From Eledone cirrhosa (taxonomy: Eukaryota): a stretch of DNA of 64,000 bases. Positions 47,776 to 61,565 of the stretch are shown piece by piece (the first letter of the stretch is position 1; each line of letters opens with the position of its first letter). The DNA lies in contig OZ024740.1 of NCBI GenBank assembly GCA_964016885.1, positions 275,342,001 through 275,406,000 of the forward strand. Reading direction: 5' to 3'. A model generated the notes under the pieces. It saw nothing but the letters and a program-made list of their open reading frames with translations, was not told where the DNA came from and did no database searches. The position numbers and the translations under genes were made by a program.

Positions 47776-50739
47776 TACATATATATGCACATATATTTTT
47801 TTGTATCGCACCATAGAGCATGTGTGTTTACGTGTGTCATTGTGTTTATATGTGGGTAGAGATGTGTGCTGATGTAGGTATGTATGTTGACGTGTGTATG
47901 TTGTGGGTTCGTCTTAGGGAGAAGTGTTTAGACGGGGTCCGTATTTGTTAATGAAGTAAGATTCCTTGCTGATGCGCTGGGTGTGGGTGGCATTATCTTT
48001 AAATTTGTAGAGGGGAAAGATTCTGAAGTTGGGATGATTTTGGGCGGCACAGGTATCAATGTGTTCACTCAGTGGTATTTTCCTGTATTCCCGTATTTTA
48101 ATTTGGGATCTATGGACAGTCATGCGTTGGCGGAGGCTGTTTTTGGTCTGGCCTATGTATTGTTCTCGACAACCTGAACAAGTTAATACATATATTAGAT
48201 TTTCCGATGCACATGTGAAATTGTGTTTTACTATAAAACGTTGTCCATCTTTGAAATAGAATTCCGAACCCTCTATTAGGTTGATGCAAATGCCACAGTT
48301 GGGTTTATCGCATTTTTTTACTGTGGGTTTCGTTGTTGTGGTTGGCAGTACTTTGGCATGTGTTAAGATGTTTTTCATTGACTTGGATTGTCTTTTGCTC
48401 TTTATGATATCGTGTGTTCGTAGAATTTGGTTCATTCTATGGTGCTTTTTCAATACAGGGATGTTCTGGAGGATGGTGTCAAAGGCCTCATTGTTGAGGG
48501 GGTTGTGTGTGGAGATGTATGGAAGAGCTTTTAGTTTTGGTTGATTTACTTTAGGGTGTCTAAGGTCCTGGGTACTGAATTTTAGGGCACGTTGGATTCC
48601 ATTGTCAATTAGTGATGCAGGGTAGTCCCTGCCTATGAGTGTGTCCTTTAGTTCTTGTAGCCGTAAGTAGCAGATGTTTTTATTGGAGACTATAGTACAG
48701 ATTCTCTTGGCTAAGTTGTAGGGAATATTAATTTTAACGTGTCTAGGGTGGCAAGAGTTGAAGGAGAGGTATTGCTTGGAGTCTGTGGGCTTGTAGTATA
48801 TGTCTGTTTCTATTTTTTTGTTATGGATCTTAATGAGGATGTCGAGGAAGGGGAGTTGTTGATGGCTGTATTCCATCGTGAAGTTAATATTTGTGTTGAG
48901 CCCATTTATAAGGGTGTGAAATTCTTTAAGTTTTTCGATGTTTTCGTGCCAAGGGATGAAGCAGTCATCTAGATATCGCTTCCAGTTCCTTTCAATGTGT
49001 AAGTGGAGGGTGTTTCCAAATTTGTTTAGGACTTTAGTGTAGAGGGTGATTTCCAGGTATCCCATGACTAGGTTGGCATAAGTAGGGGCTGTTTTCGTTC
49101 CCATAGCGGTCCCAGATTTCTGCCTGTAGGGTTTGTTATTGAAAACGAAGTAATTGTTCTCCAAGATAAATTTGAGTCCCTCTATCACGAATTCTTTTTT
49201 GATGCGTTGTGGGAGTTCATTGTGGAAATTATCCAGCCAGAATTGGATAGCTTCTATTCCTAGGTTGTGGGGGATGTTGGAGTATAGGTTGACTACATCG
49301 AACGTCACTAGTAGGGTTTGTTCAGAAAGTGGCATATTAGGGAGGTGATTGAGCATATCTAGGTCGTCCCTTATATAGCTTTTGATGTGCTTGAGGAAGG
49401 GTTTGAGAAGGGTATCAATGAAGTTGCTAAGACGGTGCGTTTCGCAAGCGGGGCCTGCTATTATAGGTCTTAATTTGAGATCATTGGGTGAGGGGACATT
49501 GATGACTATGTCTGTGGCTTCCTTGCATGCCTTACTGATTGATTCGCTTTTATGTACTTTAGGGATACCGTAGAAAAGGCTGGATTTACTTGTGAAGTCT
49601 GTGATGAAGCTGAATTCCTTGTTAGTGAGTCCTTCTTTGTATTGGTTGATTAGAGTTTTTAGGTTTCTCATAATTTTCTGTTGATTGTAGTGTTCAGCCT
49701 TTTCGTAGTATGTTTCGTTTTCCAGAGTGGAGAGCGCTAAGTTGATATAGAATTCTGTCTCCATTAGGACTACTGTACTCCCTTTATCAGCCTCTTTAAT
49801 TGTAATGGTTCTGTCGGTTTTTAATCTATTTAATTCTTCCCATTCTTTCTTGTTGAGGTTTGGCTTGTGTTTTTGTCTGTGCAAGTGTTGGTAAGGGAAG
49901 TTTGTGATGTGTTCACAGAATTCGTCCAGGATTTTATTTCTACCTTTTGAAGGGGTGTAATTGCTTCTATTTCTGGCTAATGATTCATCCTCATTGTACT
50001 GGTCGAATAGTTGTTCACTAAGTCGTAACTTTCTACAGAAGTCTGTGATGTCTTCCTTCATTTCATAGTAGTTAGGACGTAGTGGGGTCGGTGTGAATTT
50101 AAGACCTTTGGAGAGTAAGTTGATAAGGTTGGGTGTTGGTTCTGCACTAGTAAGATTGATAATTTTTATTACTATCGGTTTCTCCTCCCTGTCTTGTGTT
50201 ATTTTGTTTGCCTGTATCTGTGTGCTGTGTCTAAAAAATGGTTGGGGTAGAGGGGTTGTCTGCTGATGTTAAGTGGTCTCCTGTGTTTGTTATATTCCTT
50301 GTTGTTGTAAAATGTGGTTCGGGTTGGTGGTTGTAGATTGAATGGGGTGTACTTGTACTGCGAGTATGGGTGTGTGTTTCTATGTGCCCTGTTGTATTGT
50401 GGTATGATAAGTGGCCTACGTTGTTGGTTGTATCGTGTGGTATGGGTTTGTTGTGCATTGTGGAAGTGAGAGTGTTGTGAAAGAGTCATTTCTCAATCTT
50501 GGCGCAAAACCAATTTTTTATCCACATGACCTCTACCGACCAATCAAAATTGTTTTGACCACAAGCATTTTTGCAACACAAAAATAACGCTGGAGCCAAT
50601 TTTTTTAACATAAAACTTAAAAACTTAAAACCACAACCGAATACTAACCCATACAATCACTAATACTCTTTTATTCCTAATTAAACCATTTTTCAACTGT
50701 GAACAATTTGTCAGCATTTTCTATTCCGTTTACCAATAT
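47021..50739 (-). mobile_element. Penelope-like element (Neptune-type) bounded by an inverted pseudo-LTR
   Basis: RT+GIY-YIG ORF. 47021-47287 is the reverse complement of 50473-50739 (one mismatch seen). TA-repeat flanks. Confidence 0.92.
47914..50061 (-). CDS. PLE reverse transcriptase + GIY-YIG endonuclease (frame stays open upstream to 50268)
   Basis: ADKG, YGIPKVHK, LRPII, FDVVNLYSNIP, QKSGTAMG, WKRYLDDCF, LPFLDI, YYKPTD...SCHP. Cys linker CDKPNCGIC. NLIYVLTC..C..QYIGQT...RQRM..H. The upstream in-frame sequence encodes IINLT...LLSKGLKFTPTP, typical of PLE N-termini. Confidence 0.94.
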   Translation of the reverse strand: MKEDITDFCRKLRLSEQLFDQYNEDESLARNRSNYTPSKGRNKILDEFCEHITNFPYQHLHRQKHKPNLNKKEWEELNRLKTDRTITIKEADKGSTVVLMETEFYINLALSTLENETYYEKAEHYNQQKIMRNLKTLINQYKEGLTNKEFSFITDFTSKSSLFYGIPKVHKSESISKACKEATDIVINVPSPNDLKLRPIIAGPACETHRLSNFIDTLLKPFLKHIKSYIRDDLDMLNHLPNMPLSEQTLLVTFDVVNLYSNIPHNLGIEAIQFWLDNFHNELPQRIKKEFVIEGLKFILENNYFVFNNKPYRQKSGTAMGTKTAPTYANLVMGYLEITLYTKVLNKFGNTLHLHIERNWKRYLDDCFIPWHENIEKLKEFHTLINGLNTNINFTMEYSHQQLPFLDILIKIHNKKIETDIYYKPTDSKQYLSFNSCHPRHVKINIPYNLAKRICTIVSNKNICYLRLQELKDTLIGRDYPASLIDNGIQRALKFSTQDLRHPKVNQPKLKALPYISTHNPLNNEAFDTILQNIPVLKKHHRMNQILRTHDIIKSKRQSKSMKNILTHAKVLPTTTTKPTVKKCDKPNCGICINLIEGSEFYFKDGQRFIVKHNFTCASENLIYVLTCSGCREQYIGQTKNSLRQRMTVHRSQIKIREYRKIPLSEHIDTCAAQNHPNFRIFPLYKFKDNATHTQRISKESYFINKYGPRLNTSP

Positions 50740-50775
50740 ATAATAACTTGTGTGTTACACCTCTATTCTTTTAAC

Positions 50776-51625
<850 letters not shown>

Positions 51626-51645
51626 ATTGCACTGTTATACAACTG

Positions 51646-51686
<41 letters not shown>

Positions 51687-51808
51687 GTGTGTGTATAAAG
51701 TAAGAGAAAGGTATAATCTCTATACCTACTCTGCATCTCCTATGCATTGAGTATTCCCAGGATTTGTGGTCCCTTTGGTCTCAACATTGAAGTCTCTTTC
51801 TCTTTCTT

Positions 51809-51895
<87 letters not shown>

Positions 51896-51936
51896 ATATA
51901 TATATAAGTTAAAACAATGAAATAAAAAATCAAGTC

Positions 51937-51967
<31 letters not shown>

Positions 51968-53109
51968 CGTGCATACATATTTACATATATACTTGACAAA
52001 TTTGTTAAAGACTCTAAAAAAACTATCCCCCACACTAAAAGAAATAATGAATGATACCTATCCTCTTCCAAGAGGATAGGTATCATTCATAACCAAACTT
52101 ATGATTAAAGATGTTTTAGTTTTGATAATTCCGTCTGTGTATCAAGGATTTTATTGTTCAATGTGTGTTTCCTTATTTTAAAATGCTTGGGTGTGATCTG
52201 GAGGGAGAATTGATCAAATTATCACATAGTTGTTCTCTAAATATCATCTTGATCATACAAATCCATCATTTTAATTTTGGTCAGTACAGTATATAAAAGT
52301 GCGAAGCAAAAGGCTCTGAAATTAAAAATAGAAAAGACTAACAAAAAACTACTCTAAGTAACAAATACAGTTTATAAATAAAAACTTACTCAAACCCTAA
52401 AATAAAAGATCTTTCAAGCATAAGTTAAATTTTTTTTTCTGATATTAAACTTGATGTTTAAACTCTACTAATGTATTGAGTACCTTACTAATTGTGGTTA
52501 CCCCTGCTTGAACATGGGACTCACTCACACACACACACATGCATGAAATAAAATGGTGACACAAGGACATGAAACATATTATAGTGTGGGGTGGGGGCAG
52601 TAAATTTGTGTGTGTAATGAGTGGCTAAATGGTTAATGTACACCATAGTTTCAACTAGGACATGAAACAATGACTCACACTTGGAACACTCTTTTGTTTC
52701 TTTGTCTTTTATGTATGATTCATTTGTGTTTGCATCCACACATAAAACATTTTAAACTCAATGTTAGATTAAAAGTGAAGGAATGTAACCTTATATACAA
52801 TAACGCTTCTTTTAAAGTTGATTAGTTTGATATAAAGATGAAGAGCAATAGAAGTTTTCATGCAATGTTTCACTAGTACTAGTCCTATCCTATTCTATTC
52901 AAGTCTTTACATAACCTATAGGATCCTTCAAACATTGACAGTGTAATGCTGGTAGCACCACATCAGATGGTTGAACTGATAGATAGTTGGATAGATGGAC
53001 AGAAAGGAAGTAGAGAAGAAGAAAGAGAGAGAGAAGGAGCAGAAGGAAGATGTATTCATGTAGAGGATGAGTGAATTGATATATATACATTTATATGTGT
53101 ATACATACA

Positions 53110-53162
<53 letters not shown>

Positions 53163-53445
53163 GCACACATACAGACATATATATATATTAGCACAGCTTT
53201 GGGAGTTATGGTAACAAATTAACTTATCGGAGTCTCTCATGGGATTCTATAAAAGGAGATAACAGTGATTACAATGCAGAAGTTCTTTTATTTTTGGCAT
53301 CAGTACCAAATTGTTTGCAGCGGTATACTTATGTCAAGGGAGCAAATGAAATTCCTTGTCTTTCCAGTGGAAAAATTTCAGAAATCATCATAATTGTGAG
53401 GTTTGTCAATTCCCTTGCCCACTTCTTCCATATATGCATACACAC

Positions 53446-53504
<59 letters not shown>

Positions 53505-53507
53505 TAC

Positions 53508-53584
<77 letters not shown>

Positions 53585-53756
53585 GAGAGAGAGAGAGAAA
53601 TACAACACAAACAACAATGACAATATCACAATCAACATTAATACTAGTAAGGAAGGCAAAAACAAGGATGATATCAGAAAGGAGAACAAAGAAAATCACC
53701 AATATATGTTATAAAGACACATTGGATCTGTTGAATGAACTAAATTACTATCATTT

Positions 53757-54835
53757 ATCGGTAGAGGGTCGGACGCCATGCTTTGACGCATAGAGTTACG
53801 GCCCTTGCTATTCTGAGTTCAAATCCCGCCAAGGTTAACTTTGCCTTTCATCCTTACGGGGTCGATAAAATAAAGTACCAGTAATACACTGGTATAATTG
53901 CTGGCCTTGTGCCAAAAGTAGAAACAATTATTACTAATAAAATTAGTAGAACAATGGATGGCACAATCAATAGAACATCAGACAATATGATTTGTAGTAT
54001 TAAGTGTCTAATTCTGTCCTTTTACATCTGAGTTCAAATCCTGCTGGGATCAAATGCGTATTTCATCTTTTTCGGCTTTATAATATAAGTACCAGACAAG
54101 TGCGAGGTTTAGTTTACTCAATATGTACAGTGTTATGGGAATTTTAGATATTATTAATCACATTTGTGATTAATATTGGTTTCTGATTTAGGCACAAGGC
54201 CAACAATTTTTGTGGGAAGGGAAGTCGATTAAATTGACCCCTGTGCATTACTGGTACTTTATTTTATCGATCCCGTAAAGATGAAAGGCAAAGCTAACCT
54301 CAGCAGGATTTGAACTCAGAATATAAAGGGCCGTAACTCTATGCTGCTAAGCATGTTGTCAAACACTCCATCAGTTCTACTAACTTATCATCTTAAATCA
54401 GTGATTAACAATTGTTTCTACTTTTGGCACAAGGCCAGAAATTATCCCAGTGCATTACTGGTACTTTATTTTATCAAACCCGTAAAGATGAATGGCAAAG
54501 TTAACCTCGGCAGTATTTGAACTCAAATCGTAAAGGGCGGTAACTCTATGCTGCAAAGCACAGTGTCTGACTCTCTACCGATTCTGCCAATCCACCGTGA
54601 TATCTAATTATAAGGGTGGTGGAATTGTAGTATCAATAGAGCATTGGAAAAGATGCTTCACAGCACAGAGTTACGGCACTTTATGTTTGGAGTTCTAATC
54701 CTGCCAGGGTTTGTTTTGCCTTTCCTCTTTACCGAGTCAATAAAATAAAGTACCAATAAAACACTGCAGTCAATTTAATTGACTTTCCCTTCTCCCAAAA
54801 TTGTTGGCCTTGTGCCTGAATCAGAAATCATTATT
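53757..54835. mobile_element. Cluster of about 5 SINE family A copies in both orientations
   Basis: Copies at 53757-53932 (+), ~53955-54120 (+, old), 54175-54390 (-), 54410-54598 (-) and 54614-54835 (+). Confidence 0.8.
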
Positions 54836-55979
54836 ATTCACATTAGCATTTTATTTATAAAAGAGGTATTGAAGGGTATTGAAATAAATTTGAAAAAACA
54901 AACATTTTGTTTTATTAGTTAAAAGTGAATGATGGTTACGAACCTCTGCAAGTTCTGAAGCATGGGAGAGATTGATGTAGCTAAGGTTCAGTTTCAACAC
55001 CTAAAAATCATTGTGAGCAAGAAAATGAATATAAGGTAGAATTTGGAAACATAGATAATAATTGAGAGGTGAGATAGGAAGAGATAGTAGGATGATGAAT
55101 GATAAGTGATGAGTGGATAGGATTTTGAGGTAGCTGGTTGAGAGGAAGTGTTTTTATCGTTGTTTTAACTCTGTCACCTGTTTCTGTTCAAACTGTTTAT
55201 AACCAGCTGCTCATACTGATGTTAAGGTATTGTTCTCAAAATAAATAATATAAAATCTCATAGATTTAATATTTTGTGAGATATTATGTGAGATAAATTG
55301 TTTACCATGAACATACATAAGTAAATATAGAGTAATGTAAATGCTAAAGGGATGAAAGCAGTGAGATAAAATGACATGTAGGTTAGTAGTTGTAGAGCAT
55401 TAATGTGTACCTCTTTGATAATGGGTTGAGTAGTTTAGCCTTCTTTGTTTATGTTTGCTGCTGTTATTGCAGCATAAATCTATCAAGACACTGTATCAGT
55501 ATAATCTCTTTATCTCCTTCAAAAGGTGGACCCTGTTCTAAACCTCTGCCAAAGATCACTTTGCAGTTACATGATTCTGAGTTTGATCACACTGGTTGGC
55601 ACCCTGAGGATAATTAATTTTCTGCTATAACTTTGGACCTACACAAGTCTTGTAATTTAAATTGGGTAAAAAAGAAACTGTTTGAGGACCATTAAATGGA
55701 GTGTACTTGTTCTTAGGCAGTAAACTTAACCTCTTTCTTGGTTTAAAAGCATCATCTGGCCCTTCATGTTTTTAGTACAATCTGCTTTGTTTTAAGTGGT
55801 CGGACTAGGTCTTTAGTCCGAGGATAACTCGTGCACCATATTTTTTTTCCAGCCTTACCTATATCAATCATGTAGATTCTTTCTTTTTTAACTAACCTTT
55901 CCTTTCTAACTAACCCAATCAGAAGATTTTCTTGGTTTTAAATATGGATTTCCATTTACCCTGGTTATCTAAATATATG

Positions 55980-57530
55980 CAGTTCGGCTGAAAAGTTCAT
56001 AGGCTGACTATGAAAGATTGATTTCAGAGTTGTGAATCTTACAGGCATTAATTTCAACTCATCATCATCATTATCATCATCATCAAGGTTTAGCGTCCGT
56101 GTTCCACGCTTGCATGGGTTTGGACGGGGGTTTTCCCACTTGAGGCAAGAGTGGTTGTCTTGCTCGCATAGGACTGTCTGGCAGGTTTTCTACAACTGGA
56201 TGCCCTTCCTAACACCAACCACATTTACAGTGTGGGGCTGGGAGGTTTTTACCGTGTTGCCTACACGGCCACATTACAGCGTGGACTGTCTGGCGGGTTT
56301 TCTACAGCTGGATGCCCTTCCTAACACCAACCACATTTACAGTGTGGGGCTGGGAGGTTTTTACCGTGTTGCCTACACGGCCACATTTACAGCGTGGACT
56401 GTGTGTTTTTTTGTCGTGACACCTACACGATCTCATTTGTTTCGGCCTGGATGCTGTGGCACCAACATAACTTTACATTGAGAGGGGCGGTGTGGATGGG
56501 GTGGGGGTGGTGGGACGGGGGTGTGTTTTGATAGAGATGCCAACTGACTGTAGTAGGTTTTACTTTGTATTTAGGTAAGGCGGGTCTTCTCTATTACTGA
56601 GTACCGCCAAAGGTCTCGGTCCAGTGACATTGTCTTGGAGAGGTGTAAGCGTGTGAGGTCGGAATTTATCATGTCGTCCCAGGTTTTTCTGGGTCTGCCT
56701 ACTCTGTGGCTACCGTCTATCTTTATTGCCCTGCACTTTGTTATACAGCTGTCGTCTTTCATGCGCATCACGTGACCATACCAACGTAGCCTTCTCTCGA
56801 GTAAACAACATCTGATCCCTCTTATTTCTAATTTTTTCCTTAGTTCGTTTATGCTTAGCCGTTCACGTATATTACTATTGCACATCCAGCGGAGCATGCA
56901 AGCTTCGTTCCTCTCTAGTCTGCGTATATCCTCTGCACACAATGCCCAGATCTCACTGCCGTGCAGCATTGCTGTTCGTATGCAGGCATCGTATAACCTG
57001 CCTTTCATTTTTAGGGAGAACCCTTTAGCGGCTAATAGTGGTATAAGCTCTCTGAACTTTTTCCATCCCGTTCTGACTCTAGCTACTGTACTTTCAGAGC
57101 ACCCTCCCCCACTGCTGATTTTGTCACCCAGGTAACGGAAGCTGTCCACTATTTCTATAGAACCCTCTGCGCAATTGAAAGAGCTAGTATTTGTGGGCAC
57201 TTGCTGCTACTTATTGCACCAGAGCACCGGCCACATATAAAAACTATGTTTTTAGTTAGCTTTCCTGTGATCCCACTACATCTTTTATGCACCCATACTT
57301 TGCATTTGGGACATAAAATGGAGTTTCTACCTACGCCTTTCCTACACACTGAGCATGGCCATTTCCCGGAAGGAACCGCCGCCTTATTTTCTTTCCTACA
57401 AACTAAAACTTTAGTCTTAGCCAGGTTAATTTTAATAAAAGGATTGTTCCTTTCTGGGGCCTATGTTGAAAAATAAACCTCATTTAGTTATTCCATGAGA
57501 CTATCTTGGTCAGTCTATGAATTTTTCAGT
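55980..57530. mobile_element. Second copy of the mariner-type MITE, also split by an RTE
   Basis: TIR-like ends cggctgaaaagttcataggctgac (55986) and gtcagtctatgaatttttcag (57509-57529). Halves are homologous to 37700-37800 and 41541-41600. Confidence 0.65.
56061..57435 (-). mobile_element. 5'-truncated copy of the RTE LINE, inserted in a mariner-type MITE
   Basis: Matches ~40166-41540. A 1-bp deletion near 57190 splits the PHD finger (57155-57349) from the C-terminal ORF (56571-57200). (CAT)n tail. Confidence 0.93.
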
Positions 57531-58787
57531 ACATCTCATGAATTAAAAAAAAAAAAAATTACAAAAAACAGATACACAAGAAAGAAACAAAGAAAAAAGT
57601 AACCACAAAGAATCAGCAAATTGATTTTCAAATGATTCCTCCATAAGCCTAACTGACTTAAATTTTATTAAATTATCTCATCCTGAATCTGGATCAGTTT
57701 AACTAGATCTGGATTTTCCTACAAATCTCTTTGATTGATTGCTTGCTAGTTGGATCAGTTTAACTAGTGCTAATTAGCCTTACAACTTATTTGGTTGGCT
57801 GTTTACTATAATAGTTTAATTGCTTCTAATTACTTCTACGGCCTTCTGAGAGACTCCTATGGCTGATTAGCTAGCTGGTTGTTTCATGGATCAGTCTAAC
57901 TAAATCTGGTCTTCTTCTTCCCCCCCCCCCCTCCTCCTCCTTCTTCTTCTTCTTCTTCTTCTTCTTCTTCTTCTTCTTCATAATACAGACAAGCCTCGAA
58001 ATATTTATGTAGGTGTGTGTTTCAAAATACTTTTCATCATTATTACCAAATGAAATACTTCACAATATTTGTTTGAATCCCTTTGTATTCTGCATTTGAA
58101 TCCCACCTGCAGTGACTTTGTCCTTTTATCATTACTGAAGTCAATAACATATGTTATCAGACATGTACTAGGATCGATGTAATCAAATTGTTGGCCGTGA
58201 ACCAAAATTAGCAACCATTATTTTGCAGTCCTTTACATTCTGAGTTCAAATCCCATCAAGGTTAGCTTTGCCTTTCATCTTTATGGGGTCGTTACAATAA
58301 AGCACCAGTAATTCACTGGAGTTGATTTACTCGACTTTCCCCTCCCCTTCAAAATTGTTGGCCCTGTGCCTAAAGTAGTAAAATTATTATTATTAACATT
58401 GCCTTTCATTCTTCCAGGGTTGATGAAATAAAGTACTAGTAACACACTGAGGTCGATTTATTTGACTTTCCCTCTTCCCTTCAAATGGCTGGCCTTCAGC
58501 CAAATGTAAAAATAATTATTGTTATTCGATTGATCAATCAAATCAATCAGCAAGATCCCAGACCTCATTTCCTTACTCAGTGGAGTGGATCTCATTAAAT
58601 CAGATCAAGAAACCAATGTTTCCATTGGTCTTTCCATTGCTGATACTATCTAGAAAGAGCAATATGAAATAAAGTGTCTTTCTCAAGGACATAATGCATC
58701 ACCTGGTCCTGGAATTGAACTCAAAAACTTACCATTATGACTCCAATTCTCTAACCACAAAGAGTTGCACCTTATAAACAAATAATC

Positions 58788-59067
58788 TAAAGTCTGTCTT
58801 AGGCCAGAAGGCTCATTTGGCCAGTGCTTATCCCAGTTTCATGGCATGAAGCGACAGAGAGTACAAAACTACCCTCTGGACAGGGCACCGGTCCATCACT
58901 GGGTTAAACCCCCAGTTATTGCTGGTACTCATTTTCAGCTGAGTATACTGGAACAACATGTAATGAAGTGTTTTTCTCAAGAACACAACATGCAACCCAG
59001 GAATTGAACCCCCCAATATTATGATCTTAAGTCCAACACCCTTACTACTAGACCACATGCCTCCACA
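58788..59067 (-). mobile_element. SINE family C: tRNA head + CORE-like domain + V-domain-like segment
   Basis: ggaggcatgtggtctagtagtaag...ggttcaattcc; cttgagaaaaacactt; gatggaccggtgccctgtccagagg; gtcgcttcatgc. A diverged copy lies at ~63125-63385 (+). Confidence 0.6.
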
Positions 59068-59189
59068 TAAATGAATAATATGTAATAAGTATTACCTACT
59101 TATTACATATTGCCTGTTTATTGCGTTCTTATTGATATTTTTCCTAAGCCCATTATTTTACTTAATGTCAATTCCTTATTATTATTGTT

Positions 59190-59990
59190 ATTTGGTAGAA
59201 TCAGTAGGGTGTCCGATAACATGCTTTGCAGCATATAGTTATGTCCCTTTGTGTTCTGAGTTCAAATCCTGCTGAGGTAACATTTGCCTTTCATTCTTGT
59301 GGGGAAGGGGTCGATAAAATAAAGTACCAGTAATGCACTGGGGTTAATTTAATCGACTTTCTCCTCTCCCAAAATTGTTGGCCTAATGCCTAAATCAGAA
59401 ACCATTATTATTATTATTAAAATAGTATGATACTGAATTGGCAGAACTATTAGAACATCAGACAAAATGCCTTGTGGTATTTACTTACAGCGTTTTATGT
59501 TCTTAGTAAAAATCCCTTCCAAGTCATTTATGCTTTTCATCCTTTGGGTTTGATAAAATAAAATACCAGTCAAGTCATGGTTTTGCTTTAATTAACTTTC
59601 CCCTTCCTTTAAATTGCTGGCCTTGTACCTTGTATCAATAATTGTTTCTACTTTAGGCACAAGGCCAGCAATTACCCAGTGCATTACTGGTACTTTATTT
59701 TATCGACCCCGTAAGGATGAAAGGCAAAGTCAACCTCGGCGGGATTTGAACTCAGATCGTAAAGGGGCGTAACTATGCTGGAAAGCATGGCGTCCGACCC
59801 TCTACTGATACTGCCAATCCACTATCAATAATAGTTCTTATTATTATGTGGTGGTGGATTGGCAGTATTTGTAGAGCATCGGACACCACACCTCAAAGCA
59901 TAGAGTTATGGTCCTTTGCGTTCTGAGTTCAAATCCCACTCAGGTTAACTTTACTTTTCCTCCTTACGCAGTCAATAAAATAAAGTAAAA
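59190..59990. mobile_element. Cluster of about 4 SINE family A copies
   Basis: 59640-59822 (-) is near consensus with TSD-like tatcaataat. Others at 59190, 59435 and 59850 (+). Confidence 0.8.
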
Positions 59991-61399
59991 AAAAAAAAAA
60001 ATCGACCCTTGCAGCCAATAAATAAAACAACTATGTAAGTAACCTTTATTATCCTCATGTTTTCAACAGTAGTATGTGAGTATTGTCTGCCCCATCAGTT
60101 TCATCTCTGTGTTTCTGAGGAGTGTGCAGAATTATCTTATGGAGTTAGAGTACAGTGTGTGTATACTATATTACTTTTACTTTGTTTTGGAAATTGTTTT
60201 AATGTTTCTAGTGCTGTTTTAATGATTTGTTATATTGGGTGGCAACTATATAGGAGTTTAGAATATGTGCTGCATACAGAGAGTTACTGTCTGCGTTTCA
60301 CTATTGAATTGAACATGTGTTGCATAGGATGTCAGCTGTGTTTAGCAGAGCTATCTTTTTGACTTTGTATTGTTATGAGCACTGATATACGTTTTATTTC
60401 TATTTTTATTTTTTTTAATCATACATAGTGTTTCAATTAGATTTTGGTACTCTTTTCACTTTCATGCTTCACATGAAATATTGAAATTTGACAGTTTCCC
60501 AAACAGTTTTTAGGCAATTTACTTGGTCACAAGTGATCGATATGTCTATCAGAGTACAGACAATTTCATCTTAGTCCTTGATATTTATATCTGCATGATT
60601 TGCCTTGATCTCCTTGTCAATCTAGATAGTCCCAGATGATTGATGCAAGGTTGTTGTTATATAATCAACATCATCATTGCAGTTGATAATCCTTTATCTG
60701 AAATTCTGAAAAATCCAAAATCTGAACATCTTTTTCTTTTATTAAAATATTTTTCTTCTTTTTATAAATCTTCGATATTTTTTTTAATGGAAGTTTCAGA
60801 CATTTGCTGTAAATTATTCATATAAATGTGGTTGTTACCAAACATTTGACAAAGTTTCTTTTAGTTAAATATGAACAATATTTGCCTCACTTTTTGAAAC
60901 ATTATAATTATTAAAACAGTATTGATTGTTTCAAAACCTTATTGCCAGAGCAATCTTATAATTATTGTCATTCAAATGTGAAACTGAAAGATAGTCTAAA
61001 TTATTTTTTCAAGGCAGATGGACTTTATTTACATGAACATTATCAAAGTGTAAGTCATAAGGTTCTCAGCAGAGCTGTTCTGCAAGAGAATGGGTTGCAG
61101 CGAGTGATAGCGCCACCAGATATAATGGTTAATTGATATAACAGCTACTGAATGAATAAGCAACCCCAGAACAACAGTGGTAAACTACTAGGGAAGACTT
61201 AGCAATGGGTGAAACCTTAAACTCCCCCCAAAAATCTCACAACCAGTGATATAACTATGCGAGTAAAGGTGAGTAACGGTGAGTAAATGCTGCCTTTAAA
61301 AGAGTCTAGTCTTCAGGGGTTTGAGGAAGTATCAAATTGGTGACCAACAGGAATAAGACGACCAAAACTGCAATATGGTGAGAGTTAAGAAAAAGAATC

Positions 61400-61565
61400 A
61401 TAATGAGGGTTATCAAAGAACACATTCAGGGAATCCAGTTGGATCAGTTGGAAATGATTGCTTCTGACAGGACTCACTGGAATGAGTGTTAGAGGACTCT
61501 GCCCCCATGACGCTCTCAGGAATAAGTGGGCAAAGAAGGAGGAGGAGGAGAAAAAGAAGAAGAAA
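61400..61565 (+). pseudogene. 3' terminus of the older RTE-type LINE
   Basis: atccagttggatcagttggaaatg...cccccatgacgctctcaggaataagtggg matches the reverse complement of 12990-13090. GAA/GGA tail. Confidence 0.6.
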
